From an uncultured delta proteobacterium (GTDB lineage: Bacteria; Myxococcota_A; Polyangia; Polyangiales; Polyangiaceae), in assembly GCA_963696385.1 (NCBI GenBank), contig CAVOKF010000005.1, positions 1,056,001 to 1,120,000 on the forward strand: DNA of 64,000 bases. Reading direction: 5' to 3'. Positions 51,400 to 60,874 of the stretch are shown here, one piece after another. The notes under the pieces were generated by a model. It worked only from the letters and a program-made list of their open reading frames with translations. It did not search any database and had not been told where the DNA came from. The position numbers and the translations under genes are program-made. Numbering within the stretch: the first letter of the stretch is position 1; the number at the start of each line of letters is the position of its first letter.

Positions 51400-53215
51400 G
51401 AGCCTTTCCCTTCCGCAGCGACGCGGTCGTTGCCGCTCCTTGATCGCGCTTCTTTGAACCGTTGTCTTTTTTCTGCCCGTCGGTCAAGGCGATGACGCCA
51501 CCCTGGGTCGACGATGGCCCCTCCCCACGCGGGAACACTTTCTCTATCACGAGCTGCTGGGTGATTCCGAGCACGCTGTTGGTCAGCATGTAGACGCCCA
51601 GAGCGGCTGGCAAAAACAGCATCATCACTGTAAAAATGCCCGGCATCAGCCAGGTCATCATCTTCTGCTGCATCGGATCCATCCCCTGTTGCGGGACGAT
51701 CCTCTGCTGCACGATCATGGCCACCCCCAGGACGAACGGCAAAACGAAGTACCGGTCGGGCGCGGACAGATCCGAGAACCACAAGAACCGGGTGTGGAAG
51801 AACTCCACGGCCGTTTGAAGCGTGGCATAAAGCGCAAACCAGATGGGCATCTGCACGACGGCTGGGAGACACCCACCGAGCGGGTTGACCTTGTTCTTCC
51901 GCCAAAGCTCCATCATCGCGAGGTTTTTCGCCTGCGCATCGTCCTTGAATTTCAGGTTCAGAGCGTCGATTTCGGGCTTGAGCCGACGCATCGCAATCGT
52001 GCTCTGAATCTGCTTCCAGGTGAGCGGGAACAGTGCGAGCCGCAGGCCGATTGTGAGCACGATGATCGCGAGTCCCCAGTTGCCGAACGTCACGTGGGCA
52101 TGAATCCAGGCGATGATCGCGACGAGCACCTTGGCCACCGGCGAGAAGGTGCCGAGGTTGATGAGGTCTCCCAAACGAGGCCAACCGCCGGCGGCCTTCG
52201 CGAGCACGTCGCGTTCCTTCGGGCCAAAGAAGGCGATTTGGCGATAGGTTGCTGACTCGTGGGGCGCGAGCGTCCGGGGCAAATACGCGAGTCGTGCGTG
52301 GTAGATGTGCCCCGCTTGGTCGTCGTCCGGCCGTTGGCTCGCGCCGTACCACTGCTCCGCCAGGATGCCGCACGCTGGCTTCTCCGTGCCGCTCCCGGGG
52401 TTCGCCTCCAGCGGGGTGAGCGCCTGGGCGAAGTAATAATTGGCGATCGCCGCGTACCGATCGTCGAGAGGTTCCTCGAACCAGAACGGAGGACTTTTGA
52501 AAGCGTCGTCGTCCTTGGCCTTGCGCTTGACGTCGCCGTCGCGGGCGCACTCGAGGGTCGTCAGAAATGGCGATACGCGTCCGAGGCGGCCCTTCACCTC
52601 CGCGTTGGTGCGCCAGGCGAATGCCTCGATCGTCGTCGCGTGCCTTTTCGGAACGTCCGCCAAGTTCGTTACCGTCGTGTCGACGTTGAGCTCGAAGGGC
52701 CGCTCGCTCGCCGAAAGGCTCTTCACGATGAGAACGGTGTCGTCTTCATAAGTGAAGCGGCAGCGCGTCTCCCCCTGCTGCTCGACCTTCCAATCGAACC
52801 GATCGTATTTCACCTGCTCGTCGGGCAGAGCCGGCTCGCCCGGGTTCGTTCGAAAGGTCGTCCTCAAGTTGCGCCAGCGCTCGATGTCCGGCGTCGTCGA
52901 CATGTCGCCGGCCTGTGTGCCGGCGTAGCGAGCATCGGTCAAAAAGAAATGGGTCAGCCCGGCGCCGCGCGACGAGGCCTCCGCGCTAAAGCGCTTGCCT
53001 GCGATAGTGCAGCGGGTGCCTGACGGCGGCGGAGCAGGCAGCGGATGGCCTGGCACGGCGTCGATCACGTCAGGCGCAAAGCCCGGCGCGTCGACGAAGC
53101 GCTGCGTGGGAAAGTCCTGGGTCTGCGGGCCCGACTTTCGACCCACCAAGAAGTAATATCCACCCAACGCGATAGCGGCGTAGACGATCCAACGCAGGAG
53201 CGAATTGCGATCCAT
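51392..53215 (-). CDS. yidC: Membrane protein insertase YidC
   Basis: GNWGLAIIVLT, NPLGGCLP..VQMPIWFALY, DLSAPD, LPAALGVY. Confidence 0.97.
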   Translation of the reverse strand: MDRNSLLRWIVYAAIALGGYYFLVGRKSGPQTQDFPTQRFVDAPGFAPDVIDAVPGHPLPAPPPSGTRCTIAGKRFSAEASSRGAGLTHFFLTDARYAGTQAGDMSTTPDIERWRNLRTTFRTNPGEPALPDEQVKYDRFDWKVEQQGETRCRFTYEDDTVLIVKSLSASERPFELNVDTTVTNLADVPKRHATTIEAFAWRTNAEVKGRLGRVSPFLTTLECARDGDVKRKAKDDDAFKSPPFWFEEPLDDRYAAIANYYFAQALTPLEANPGSGTEKPACGILAEQWYGASQRPDDDQAGHIYHARLAYLPRTLAPHESATYRQIAFFGPKERDVLAKAAGGWPRLGDLINLGTFSPVAKVLVAIIAWIHAHVTFGNWGLAIIVLTIGLRLALFPLTWKQIQSTIAMRRLKPEIDALNLKFKDDAQAKNLAMMELWRKNKVNPLGGCLPAVVQMPIWFALYATLQTAVEFFHTRFLWFSDLSAPDRYFVLPFVLGVAMIVQQRIVPQQGMDPMQQKMMTWLMPGIFTVMMLFLPAALGVYMLTNSVLGITQQLVIEKVFPRGEGPSSTQGGVIALTDGQKKDNGSKKRDQGAATTASLRKGKARV

Positions 53216-53221
53216 GAGATC

Positions 53222-53506
53222 TCAGTCCGCCGCGTGCGCGCGTAAGGCGGCCTCGGATGGCGGTGAAGGGTGTGAGCTCGAAGTGAGCCGGGGCGAGGGG
53301 GCAGGGTCGTAGCCGCCGGAGTGAAACGGGTGGCACTTACACAGCCGGCGGATCGAAAGCAAGCCGCCCCGGACGATGCCGTATGAGCCAATGCACGCGG
53401 CGGCGTAATGCGAACACGACGGTTCGAAGCGGCACGCCGGCCCGAGCAGTCGGGAGAGCGTCTGCTGATACACGCGGATGAGCGCGATCACCATGCGAGC
53501 GATCAT
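53222..53506 (-). CDS. yidD: Membrane protein insertion efficiency factor YidD
   Basis: LIRVYQ, CRFEPSCSHY, RLCKCHPF.SGGYDP. Confidence 0.93.
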   Translation of the reverse strand: MIARMVIALIRVYQQTLSRLLGPACRFEPSCSHYAAACIGSYGIVRGGLLSIRRLCKCHPFHSGGYDPAPSPRLTSSSHPSPPSEAALRAHAAD

Positions 53507-53937
53507 GGTTTTTGGGTCCGAATCATGTCGTCGAGCCCAGGATGGTCCGGTCCCTGCGCGCGCGCCAGCGCTTCCGTAGCGCGCTTTTGCAAGAGCCGCT
53601 CTACGGAGCGCCACTCCGCCCGAACGGCTGCCAGGCCAAGCTTCTGCGCGCCCGGACGGGCGATCACGACCACATCGACGCCCGTCGGGATCAAATCGGA
53701 CCACGTTCGAAAGCACTCGCGGCACAGGCGTTTGACGCGGTTGCGCTCGACCGCGTTTCCGACCTTTCTCGAAACCACGAGCCCGATGCGCGACGCTGCG
53801 AGCAAGGGCCCCGACCTCGACTGGGCGGCCAGAAGGAGAATGAAGTGCCCGGTCGTGACCCGGCGCCCCATACGCTGGGCGCGGACGAACTCGGCGTGCC
53901 TCCGCAGTCTCCGATGGCGGTCGAACGCGAGCGCCAT
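53503..53937 (-). CDS. rnpA: Ribonuclease P protein component
   Basis: RLRRHAEF, RIGLVVSRKVGNAVERNRVKRLCRE, DVVVIAR. Confidence 0.95.
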   Translation of the reverse strand: MALAFDRHRRLRRHAEFVRAQRMGRRVTTGHFILLLAAQSRSGPLLAASRIGLVVSRKVGNAVERNRVKRLCRECFRTWSDLIPTGVDVVVIARPGAQKLGLAAVRAEWRSVERLLQKRATEALARAQGPDHPGLDDMIRTQKP

Positions 53938-53956
53938 CAAAGTGCCGGCGCGGCGA

Positions 53957-54106
53957 TCACTTCTTATAGATCGTCGGAACGAGGCGCTGCCGTCCCTTGC
54001 GGCGGCGATTGGCGAGAACCTTGCGGCCGCCACGGGTCGACATGCGGGCGCGAAAGCCGTGCGTGCGTGCCCGGCGAACGTTGTGGGGCTGGTAGGTGCG
54101 CTTCAT
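53957..54106 (-). CDS. rpmH: 50S ribosomal protein L34 (49 aa, below the ORF-track cutoff)
   Basis: Own translation: [49 protein letters not shown]. Confidence 0.97.
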   Translation of the reverse strand: MKRTYQPHNVRRARTHGFRARMSTRGGRKVLANRRRKGRQRLVPTIYKK

Positions 54107-54337
54107 GACGGTCGATCTGGAAAGGTTTCGAAGCAGAGCACCTCGGGCCCCTTCCGGTCAAGCACCGTGGCCAACAAAAGTGAGACGGGTTGTCGTCGCA
54201 GGTGACCGGTTTCGCCCTCAACGCGCCCCCGCCGGCAAATCCGCCCCGCTTGGGGCCACCGGTCGTGCGGCGTTTCGACGTCCGCGTTCCGCCCGCGCCC
54301 TGTTCGACTGGGGTGCGATTGTTCTACTGTTCCTGAG

Positions 54338-56159
54338 GTGCCAGCGAAATTGACGCCGCCCTCTCCATCGACCGCCAGGACGGCGTACGGCCATTGCATC
54401 GGCGGGGCATTCCTCGCGTTCGCCGCCGTGGCTCTTCCGGCTCGCGCGCAGCAGCAAACGTTTCACCTCGATCGGCTTGAAGTTCCAGGAGCCCCCGACG
54501 ACGGCGTCGTGATCTTCCGCCCGGTCACGGAAGAGCGTCCGACGTTCTACGCCCAGTTGGCGCTCGGTTTTTCGCTGGATCCCCTTCGCACGAGCGACAT
54601 CACCAAGAACGAAGCCGCCCAGCACGCGTCTGCACCCGACGTCGTCACGACCCAGCTGTCGACCTATCTGTCGGCGGGGTTCGAGCTCTTCGATCGGATG
54701 ACGGTCGGCGCCACATTTCCTGCCGCTTGGATTGAAACGGGCAACCAGCCCAACTACCCGGTCGGCGTCTTCGGCGGCAATACCGCCCCGACCGCGTTCT
54801 CGACGACCGGCCCTGCTCTGGGCGACACCCGATTCGACCTGCGCTTCGTGGTCTGGCGAAGTGACGTCGCGGCCCTCGGCGCCCAAGTCAGCGTGTTCGT
54901 TCCGACCGGGGCCGGATCGTCGACGAATTTCGGCGGCGACGGCTCTCAACTCGAATGGATGCCGATGGTGTCCGGTGAATGGACGCCTCGGAGATTCCCG
55001 CTGCCGTTGACGTTCGTAGCGAATACCGGGTTCGACTTCCGCCACGACAATTCCATCAATGATCCGGTCGGGTACGGCGGTCTGCCAAGCGGACTCGGCA
55101 TCGGCGATGAATGGCGTTGGGCGGTCGGAGCCTTGATGCCCGCCCTGTCGCGACGCGTCCGGCTCGGGCTCACGATATTCGGGCAGACAGGAATCAAGAG
55201 CGACTCGATCATCGGCGACACTGCCTTCACGGCTCAAAACACTCCCATCGAGTGGAACGCGGAGGGTCGGTTCAAGCTCCCGTCCTTCTTCGAGATCGGT
55301 CACTGGTTCGCTGGGGCCAGTGTCGGGACGCGCATCACCGGAGGTTATGGCGCCCCGGATCTGCGCGTGGTCGCCCTCATCGGCATGAGCTTGCCCATCG
55401 AGGAGTCAAAGGCGTCGTCGCCGGAGGCGCGGCTGCGCGAAAACATTCGCGGCTCGCTGAAGGACACCGACGGCGATGGCATTCCGGATGAGCTCGACGC
55501 TTGTCCGACCCAGCCGGAGGACCACAAGGACCCCGATCCGATGGACGGTTGTCCGAGTTTGCCCGATCGCGACGGCGACGGCATCCCGGATGAGTACGAC
55601 AAGTGCCCGGACGAGGCTGAGGACAAGGAAGGCGTCGAGGATGCCGATGGTTGTCCGGAACGCGACTCCGACGGCGACGGCATTCCGGACGCGAAGGATG
55701 CGTGCCCACGGGAGCCCGGCGAGCCGGACCCCGATCCCAAGAAGAACGGCTGCCCCGAAATTCATCCGCTTGGAGGGCTCGGCGGTTCGCGTTCTGCAGC
55801 AAGTGCACTTCCAGACGGCGTCGGCCACAATCCTGCCCGACAGTTTTCCGATGCTTCACGAAATCGCTCAGCTGCTAAAGGCCAATCCGGACATCAAGAA
55901 GGTGCGGATCGAGGGGCACACGGACAATCACGGCGCAGCCGCCTACAACCTGGACTTGTCCAAGCGCCGCGCTGCCAGCGTGCGCGAGTGGCTCGTCGAA
56001 CACGGGGTCGAGCCGGATCGTTTGGAGAGCGAAGGGTACGGCCTCACGCGGCCGATCGCGTCGAACGATACGGACGACGGTCGCGCTCAGAACCGACGTG
56101 TCGAGTTCAACATCCTGCAGCAAGGCGCGGAGGGGGGTCACGGCGGCTCGTCCCCCTAG
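54338..56159 (+). CDS. Outer-membrane protein: beta-barrel-like N-domain, TSP3 repeats, OmpA C-domain (frameshift near 55755)
   Basis: Removing one C joins KNGCP to KFIRLEG...IEGHTDN...NLDLSKRRA..V...GYG..RP...NRRVEF, stop at 56159. Confidence 0.85.
55463..55756 (+). repeat. Three thrombospondin type-3-like Ca-binding repeats
   Basis: D.DGDGIPD..D.CP...E.......DGCP-type unit repeated three times. Confidence 0.85.
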
Positions 56160-57340
56160 AGCCCCTTGGGCGGCACTCGTTCTTGCCGTGGCGTCATCGG
56201 CTGGCGACGTCCTGGCTCAGGGCGATTCGGTCGACGGCGCTCCGCCCCCCCCTTGGGCGAGCGCCTCGTCGTCGCCCGTGCCCGTTGATGATGCGTCGCT
56301 CGCCGATCTCGAACGCCAAGCGTTGCATCGATGCGGGCCCGGCGACGCTGGGCTCGTGGCCGCCGCGCGATGGATCGTGGCGCAGAAGCTGCGCGGCGCA
56401 CCGATGCCGGAGCTCGATGCGATCGCGTTCGCGCAACGCGCATCGGGCGAGCCTCACCCCTGGTCTCGGGCGTGGGCCGAAACGGCGCGCGTCTTGTCGC
56501 CGCCCGGCGCCCTCCGGGGGCTGGATGAGTGGCTCGGCCAACGGAGTCGAAATGCCTTGCGCCGGTGTGGGGCCGCGACGGGCGCTGGACCGGGCGGCAC
56601 GCGGACGCTCGCCGTCATCGTCGTCGACGCCTTGGCGGATTCTGACTCCGCTGCCGACCCGGGTTCGCGTGGGACAGTGGATTACGGTGGACGGCCGGCT
56701 CCGCACCCACGCGGATGGAGCCAAAGTCATCGTGCTCGGGCCGAGCGGAGCGCCGCAGCCGCTACCGACGTCGTTCGACGGGGCGGTGCTCCGCGCTAGC
56801 TTCGCGCCCGACCGGGCCGGCGAGTTTGCTATCCAGGTGATGGCTGACCTACCGACGGGCCCGCGCCCGGTGCTCGAGGCAAGCGTTTTCGCCGACGTCG
56901 ATCCGCCGCGACGCCAATCGGACGCGGCTGCCCCCGGAGAGGATCGCGCCGCGTCTCTGTCGGACGATGCCGCGATCGCCGAGATGGTCGGGGCGGCCCG
57001 CTCGTCCGCCGCGCTTCCGAGCATCGTCCGCGACTTCCGTCTGGACGCCCTCGCGCGCGACCACGCTCGCCGGATGGCAGACGGGCAAGAGCTCGCGCAC
57101 GATGTCGGCGACGGCGACCCGATCGATCGCATGCGCGGGGCCGGACTCGACGCGCGCGATGCCGGCGAAAATGTCGCTCATGCCCGCAACGTGCTCCTCG
57201 CTCACCGCGCGATGTGGGCCAGTCCTTCACACCGCGCGAACACCCTACGCAGGGAATTCGACCGCGCCGGGTTTGCCGTGGCGCGCGACGAGCACGGTGA
57301 CGCGTGGGTCGTCGAATTGTTCGCAGGCGGGCTGCGGTGA
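56098..57340 (+). CDS. Secreted CAP/SCP-domain protein (frameshift near 56641; start uncertain)
   Basis: ORF 56098..56799 joins the 3' frame after removing one T (DALAD-LTPLPTR). C-terminal LDALARDHARRM, AHD, GENVA, WASPSHRAN, WVVELFA. Confidence 0.75.
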
Positions 57341-57487
57341 CTCCCCCACGGCTCTCGGAGACGGCCGATGTTCACCGCCCCGTTCGGGAGCGCCTGCGTT
57401 CTGCCCGATAGCCGATGGCAATGCCTGCGCGCAGTCCTAGAACGAACGCAGCGATCACCACCAAGGCGACGTCCAGGGCCGGCAGCA

Positions 57488-59059
57488 TCAGTTGATCGTG
57501 AAGCTCTTGCGGACCTTGAACGGACTTCCGCCGAAGGCCGGGACGCGCACACCGCGGAAGCGGGACGCGACGCAGGCGCCCGTCGGCGTACCCTCGAACG
57601 GCGGCCCGTCGATCACCGCCGATTGAACGGTTCCCCCCGGCAGGAAAGTGACCAGGACGTGGCCCGTGCCCGTCACGTCGCCCCTCTTGCACGACTGGGC
57701 ACTCCCGGCAACGGCGCCCAGGCGGCCTTTGGCTTCACCCATGTTGAACGGCTGATCGGATTCGGGCGCGGCCGTGGCCTTTATCGGCGGAGCCGCCTCT
57801 CTCGCACTCGGAGCTCTCGCTTCCTTGGTCCCCTCGAGGGCACGAGGCGCAGGCTCTTCCTTCTTCGACGCGGGGGTGGCCTCCCCGGGACCGACGGGTT
57901 CGGCACTGGCGACGGAAGTCGGTGCGGCTGCCGGCGGGGTGGGCAACGCCGCTGGCGGGGCGGCAGCTTGTGGCGCCGACGCGCTGGCGCTTGTCTTTTC
58001 GGGATCGGCGGCCTGGGCGCTCTTGTGCATCAGCTGCATGGCGCCGCCGACCGCGACGACGACCACCAGCGCACCCACGCCGAGCGCGATGGAGATGAGG
58101 CCAAGGCGGCCCTTGGCCCCCGGCGCCAGGCTGCCCCGGCTCGCGTTCCCCGGAACGTCGAGGGCGGGGGCCGACAGAATCGGCGCCGTGAGAGCCGGCG
58201 TAAAGCCGGCCGAAAGATTCATGATGTCGTCGAGGCCGCTGCTCCTCTTCGGTGCGTCGCCGCTCGAAAATTTCGCACTCAGCTGACGGATGTCGATGAG
58301 GCCGGACGCCTCGGAGTCGACCCGAGCGGCGCTCGGTGGTCGGTCGCTCTTGCCCGTCAGCGTCGAAAGCGAGAAGAGAACGCTGTTCTCGTTGCGCGCC
58401 CCTGTCAGCTTCTGCGCGTCGTCGTGCTCGTGCGGCTGCGGCAGTCTCGCGGGGGCGCTGGTCATCACTTCGTCTTCGCCACCGGCCCGGGCAACCGCTC
58501 CAAACAGATCGGCGACCGGCGCGCGCCCGCCGGCACGCCGCGCCGCGAGAGCCGTGGGGGCGGGGCCGTCCGTGGCCATCGAAGTCCCGTGATCGGCCCA
58601 CTGGCCGTGCTCGGCCGTTCGAGGCGCACCGGCGTCCGGAGACATCGCGACGTCCAACACGTCGAGAGCGGGCCTCGAAGCCGCTCGCGCCGCGGTTCGG
58701 CAAGCCGCTTGCAACCCGGGAATTTCGCGGAGCGGCGCCCAGTCCGCCATTCCGTCTCTCCAGCAGTACGTTTCGTCATCGACAACGCCCGCGACAAAGG
58801 CGGCGACGATCTCGTCTTCCTTCATGGTTCGCTGATCGCCTTCCGCTACGTTGACGGTCCAATCGTCTTGCGACGGGTCGACCGGAGCGCCCGCGCCGTC
58901 GGCCAGATGGCTCGGCGATCCTGCGCCCGCGGACGGGTCCGCCCCATTGACGACAATCGTGGATCCGCACTTCTTGCAGCGTATCTTGACGATCTTTCCG
59001 AGGACTTTTTCGTCCGCGATTGTGTATTTGGCCTGGCACGCCTGGCACGTGATCTTCAT
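57488..59059 (-). CDS. Zinc-ribbon (MJ0042-type) + GYF_2 + TM + TonB-C-like protein (GltJ/AgmX-like)
   Basis: MKITCQACQAKYTIADEKV.GK.VKIRCKKC, TYCWRDGMADW.PL, RNENSVLFSL, one TM helix, C-terminal GACVASRF..VRVPAF. Confidence 0.8.
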   Translation of the reverse strand: MKITCQACQAKYTIADEKVLGKIVKIRCKKCGSTIVVNGADPSAGAGSPSHLADGAGAPVDPSQDDWTVNVAEGDQRTMKEDEIVAAFVAGVVDDETYCWRDGMADWAPLREIPGLQAACRTAARAASRPALDVLDVAMSPDAGAPRTAEHGQWADHGTSMATDGPAPTALAARRAGGRAPVADLFGAVARAGGEDEVMTSAPARLPQPHEHDDAQKLTGARNENSVLFSLSTLTGKSDRPPSAARVDSEASGLIDIRQLSAKFSSGDAPKRSSGLDDIMNLSAGFTPALTAPILSAPALDVPGNASRGSLAPGAKGRLGLISIALGVGALVVVVAVGGAMQLMHKSAQAADPEKTSASASAPQAAAPPAALPTPPAAAPTSVASAEPVGPGEATPASKKEEPAPRALEGTKEARAPSAREAAPPIKATAAPESDQPFNMGEAKGRLGAVAGSAQSCKRGDVTGTGHVLVTFLPGGTVQSAVIDGPPFEGTPTGACVASRFRGVRVPAFGGSPFKVRKSFTIN

Positions 59060-59115
59060 CGGGACGTCGGAGTTTACGTTAACACGACGGCGAGAACACG
59101 ACGACCAAGCCGTTG

Positions 59116-60795
59116 TCAGTTGAGCAGGACGAGCTGCGTGCCGTCTTTGCCGCAGAACGCCGCAGTCCCATCGAATCGCCCCCCGCACGTGGGACAGATC
59201 TTGCCGCGCGCCGACGCTGGGGGCGTACTGAGCATGGCGGCTGGTACGAGATCGTCTCCGTCATGTGGGCAGGTTCGCACTCCTGGGTTGTATCCCCGAT
59301 GGCAGGTCGGGCAGATCCCGCCGACGGGCCCGGCCGCAATGTCTTCGTGGCCGGCTACCGACACCAGTCGATTGGCGTCGAAGGGACAATACGTAGAACC
59401 GGCCACGAACTCGCGGTGGCAGGACGGACAGAAGAGGGGTCCGGTGGGCCCGAGCCCCGCCGCAGCCGCATCCGCCGTCGCCTGTTGAGCGAGAGCCACG
59501 CTTTCGACGTGCGCCCGGGCTTGGACGGCTTGACGCTCGTCGCGCTCTCTTTTCAGACGGTGGTACTCGCGCATTCGATCCGCGTGACGTGCCTGGGCTG
59601 CCCGCTCGAGGCGACGCGCTTTGCGCCCGCGAAGCGCCCCGAACGCTGCGACGATGGCCAAGATCAGTGCCAGACCCGTGACAATCAAGATGAACAGGAT
59701 GCGTCGCTCGCGCGCTCCGTCTTGGGTTCTGGCCCCGGACGCGCCGAGTGATGTCGTCGCCAACGCGACGACCGATGGTTCGTCGCGTTCGCCGTTGGGG
59801 TCAAGGCCGGACTGGGCGAGCAGCGCCTCGAATTGGGCCGCTGAGGTGACTTCCACGGAGGCTCGCGCACTTCGGCCGGCCGCCGTGGCGATGACGTCGA
59901 ACTTCGCGTCCGTGACCGAGCCCAACGGGACATTCAGGATTCCGGCCGAATCAATCGACGGTCTCGACTCCGCAGTCTTGGCGTTTTCCGCCCGGGGTGC
60001 GCCGACCGACCACTGGATGACCGTGTCCGTCGGACAGCCGTTGGCGTCGAGCACCCGAGCGCGGAAGCGGTAGTTTTCGCCGAGGCGCAGAAGCTTGCGG
60101 GAGGGTCTCACCTCGAGTCGAGCGGGCTCGCCTGGCACGGCGCACGGGTCCTCCGGCGATGCGGGTGGGGGACTGGGGCCCGCGGTGCGCTCGATGTGGG
60201 TAGCAGGCGCGGCACTCGCCAGGGCCGCTACAGGCGGAGTCGAACTGCGCGTAGCAGGGAGGCCTTGGGAGGGGGCGACGTGCGAGAGCGAGGCGGAACG
60301 GGTCACGTCTGCGACGCAGTGAGCGCCCTTGATGGTAAACTCGTAGCGTCCCGTCTCGGCCATGGCGACGGAGCCTGCGCCCGTAAAAAAGTAAGCCGTG
60401 TTGACCACCGCGTGTCGAGCATCGCCAGGCGGCGTGGTGCAGCGCGTTCGCCATGTGCGTCCGTCACTCGAGTGCGTTTCGGGCGCCAGCGTCGGCATCG
60501 GGTCGACGCATCGATCCGTACGCAGAGATTGGCTTCCGACGGCAATCGTGATCTCGCCGCGATCGGTTCGGAGCGTCGCCTCGCCGCCCGGCAGCAGGGT
60601 GCGCGACACGGGCGGAGGTCCGCATGCCCCGCTCCATTGTTGTACGGTAAACGTTTCCGTAACGGGCGTCATCGACCACGCTCCGTCGAACGGCGATCCG
60701 TCCGCGCTCTCGGCGCCCGACCGATCCGCGCAAAGCATGAACGCCAGAGCGAAACAAGTCGCCAGCGCAAGAGCACCGAACTGCCGAAAGTTCAC
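59116..60795 (-). CDS. Single-pass membrane protein with Ig-like ectodomain and three cytoplasmic zinc-ribbon units
   Basis: Signal peptide, LEVRP...FRARVLDANG....IQWS Ig-like domain, TM helix, then CPSC..CPFD, CPTC..CPHD, CPTC..CGKD. Confidence 0.7.
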   Translation of the reverse strand: MNFRQFGALALATCFALAFMLCADRSGAESADGSPFDGAWSMTPVTETFTVQQWSGACGPPPVSRTLLPGGEATLRTDRGEITIAVGSQSLRTDRCVDPMPTLAPETHSSDGRTWRTRCTTPPGDARHAVVNTAYFFTGAGSVAMAETGRYEFTIKGAHCVADVTRSASLSHVAPSQGLPATRSSTPPVAALASAAPATHIERTAGPSPPPASPEDPCAVPGEPARLEVRPSRKLLRLGENYRFRARVLDANGCPTDTVIQWSVGAPRAENAKTAESRPSIDSAGILNVPLGSVTDAKFDVIATAAGRSARASVEVTSAAQFEALLAQSGLDPNGERDEPSVVALATTSLGASGARTQDGARERRILFILIVTGLALILAIVAAFGALRGRKARRLERAAQARHADRMREYHRLKRERDERQAVQARAHVESVALAQQATADAAAAGLGPTGPLFCPSCHREFVAGSTYCPFDANRLVSVAGHEDIAAGPVGGICPTCHRGYNPGVRTCPHDGDDLVPAAMLSTPPASARGKICPTCGGRFDGTAAFCGKDGTQLVLLN

Positions 60796-60874
60796 GTGAG
60801 CGGGGGCCGAGCCTAGCAGAGTCGCGTCGTCGATTGGCCAATCGAGGGGGCCATTATGGTACGCTCGGCTGCGC

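Noticed and set aside
54338..57340. Apparent 1000-aa OmpA-barrel/TSP3/CAP fusion ORF
   Set aside because: Artefact of two +1 insertions; the middle is out-of-frame nonsense. Repair gives separate OmpA and CAP genes.
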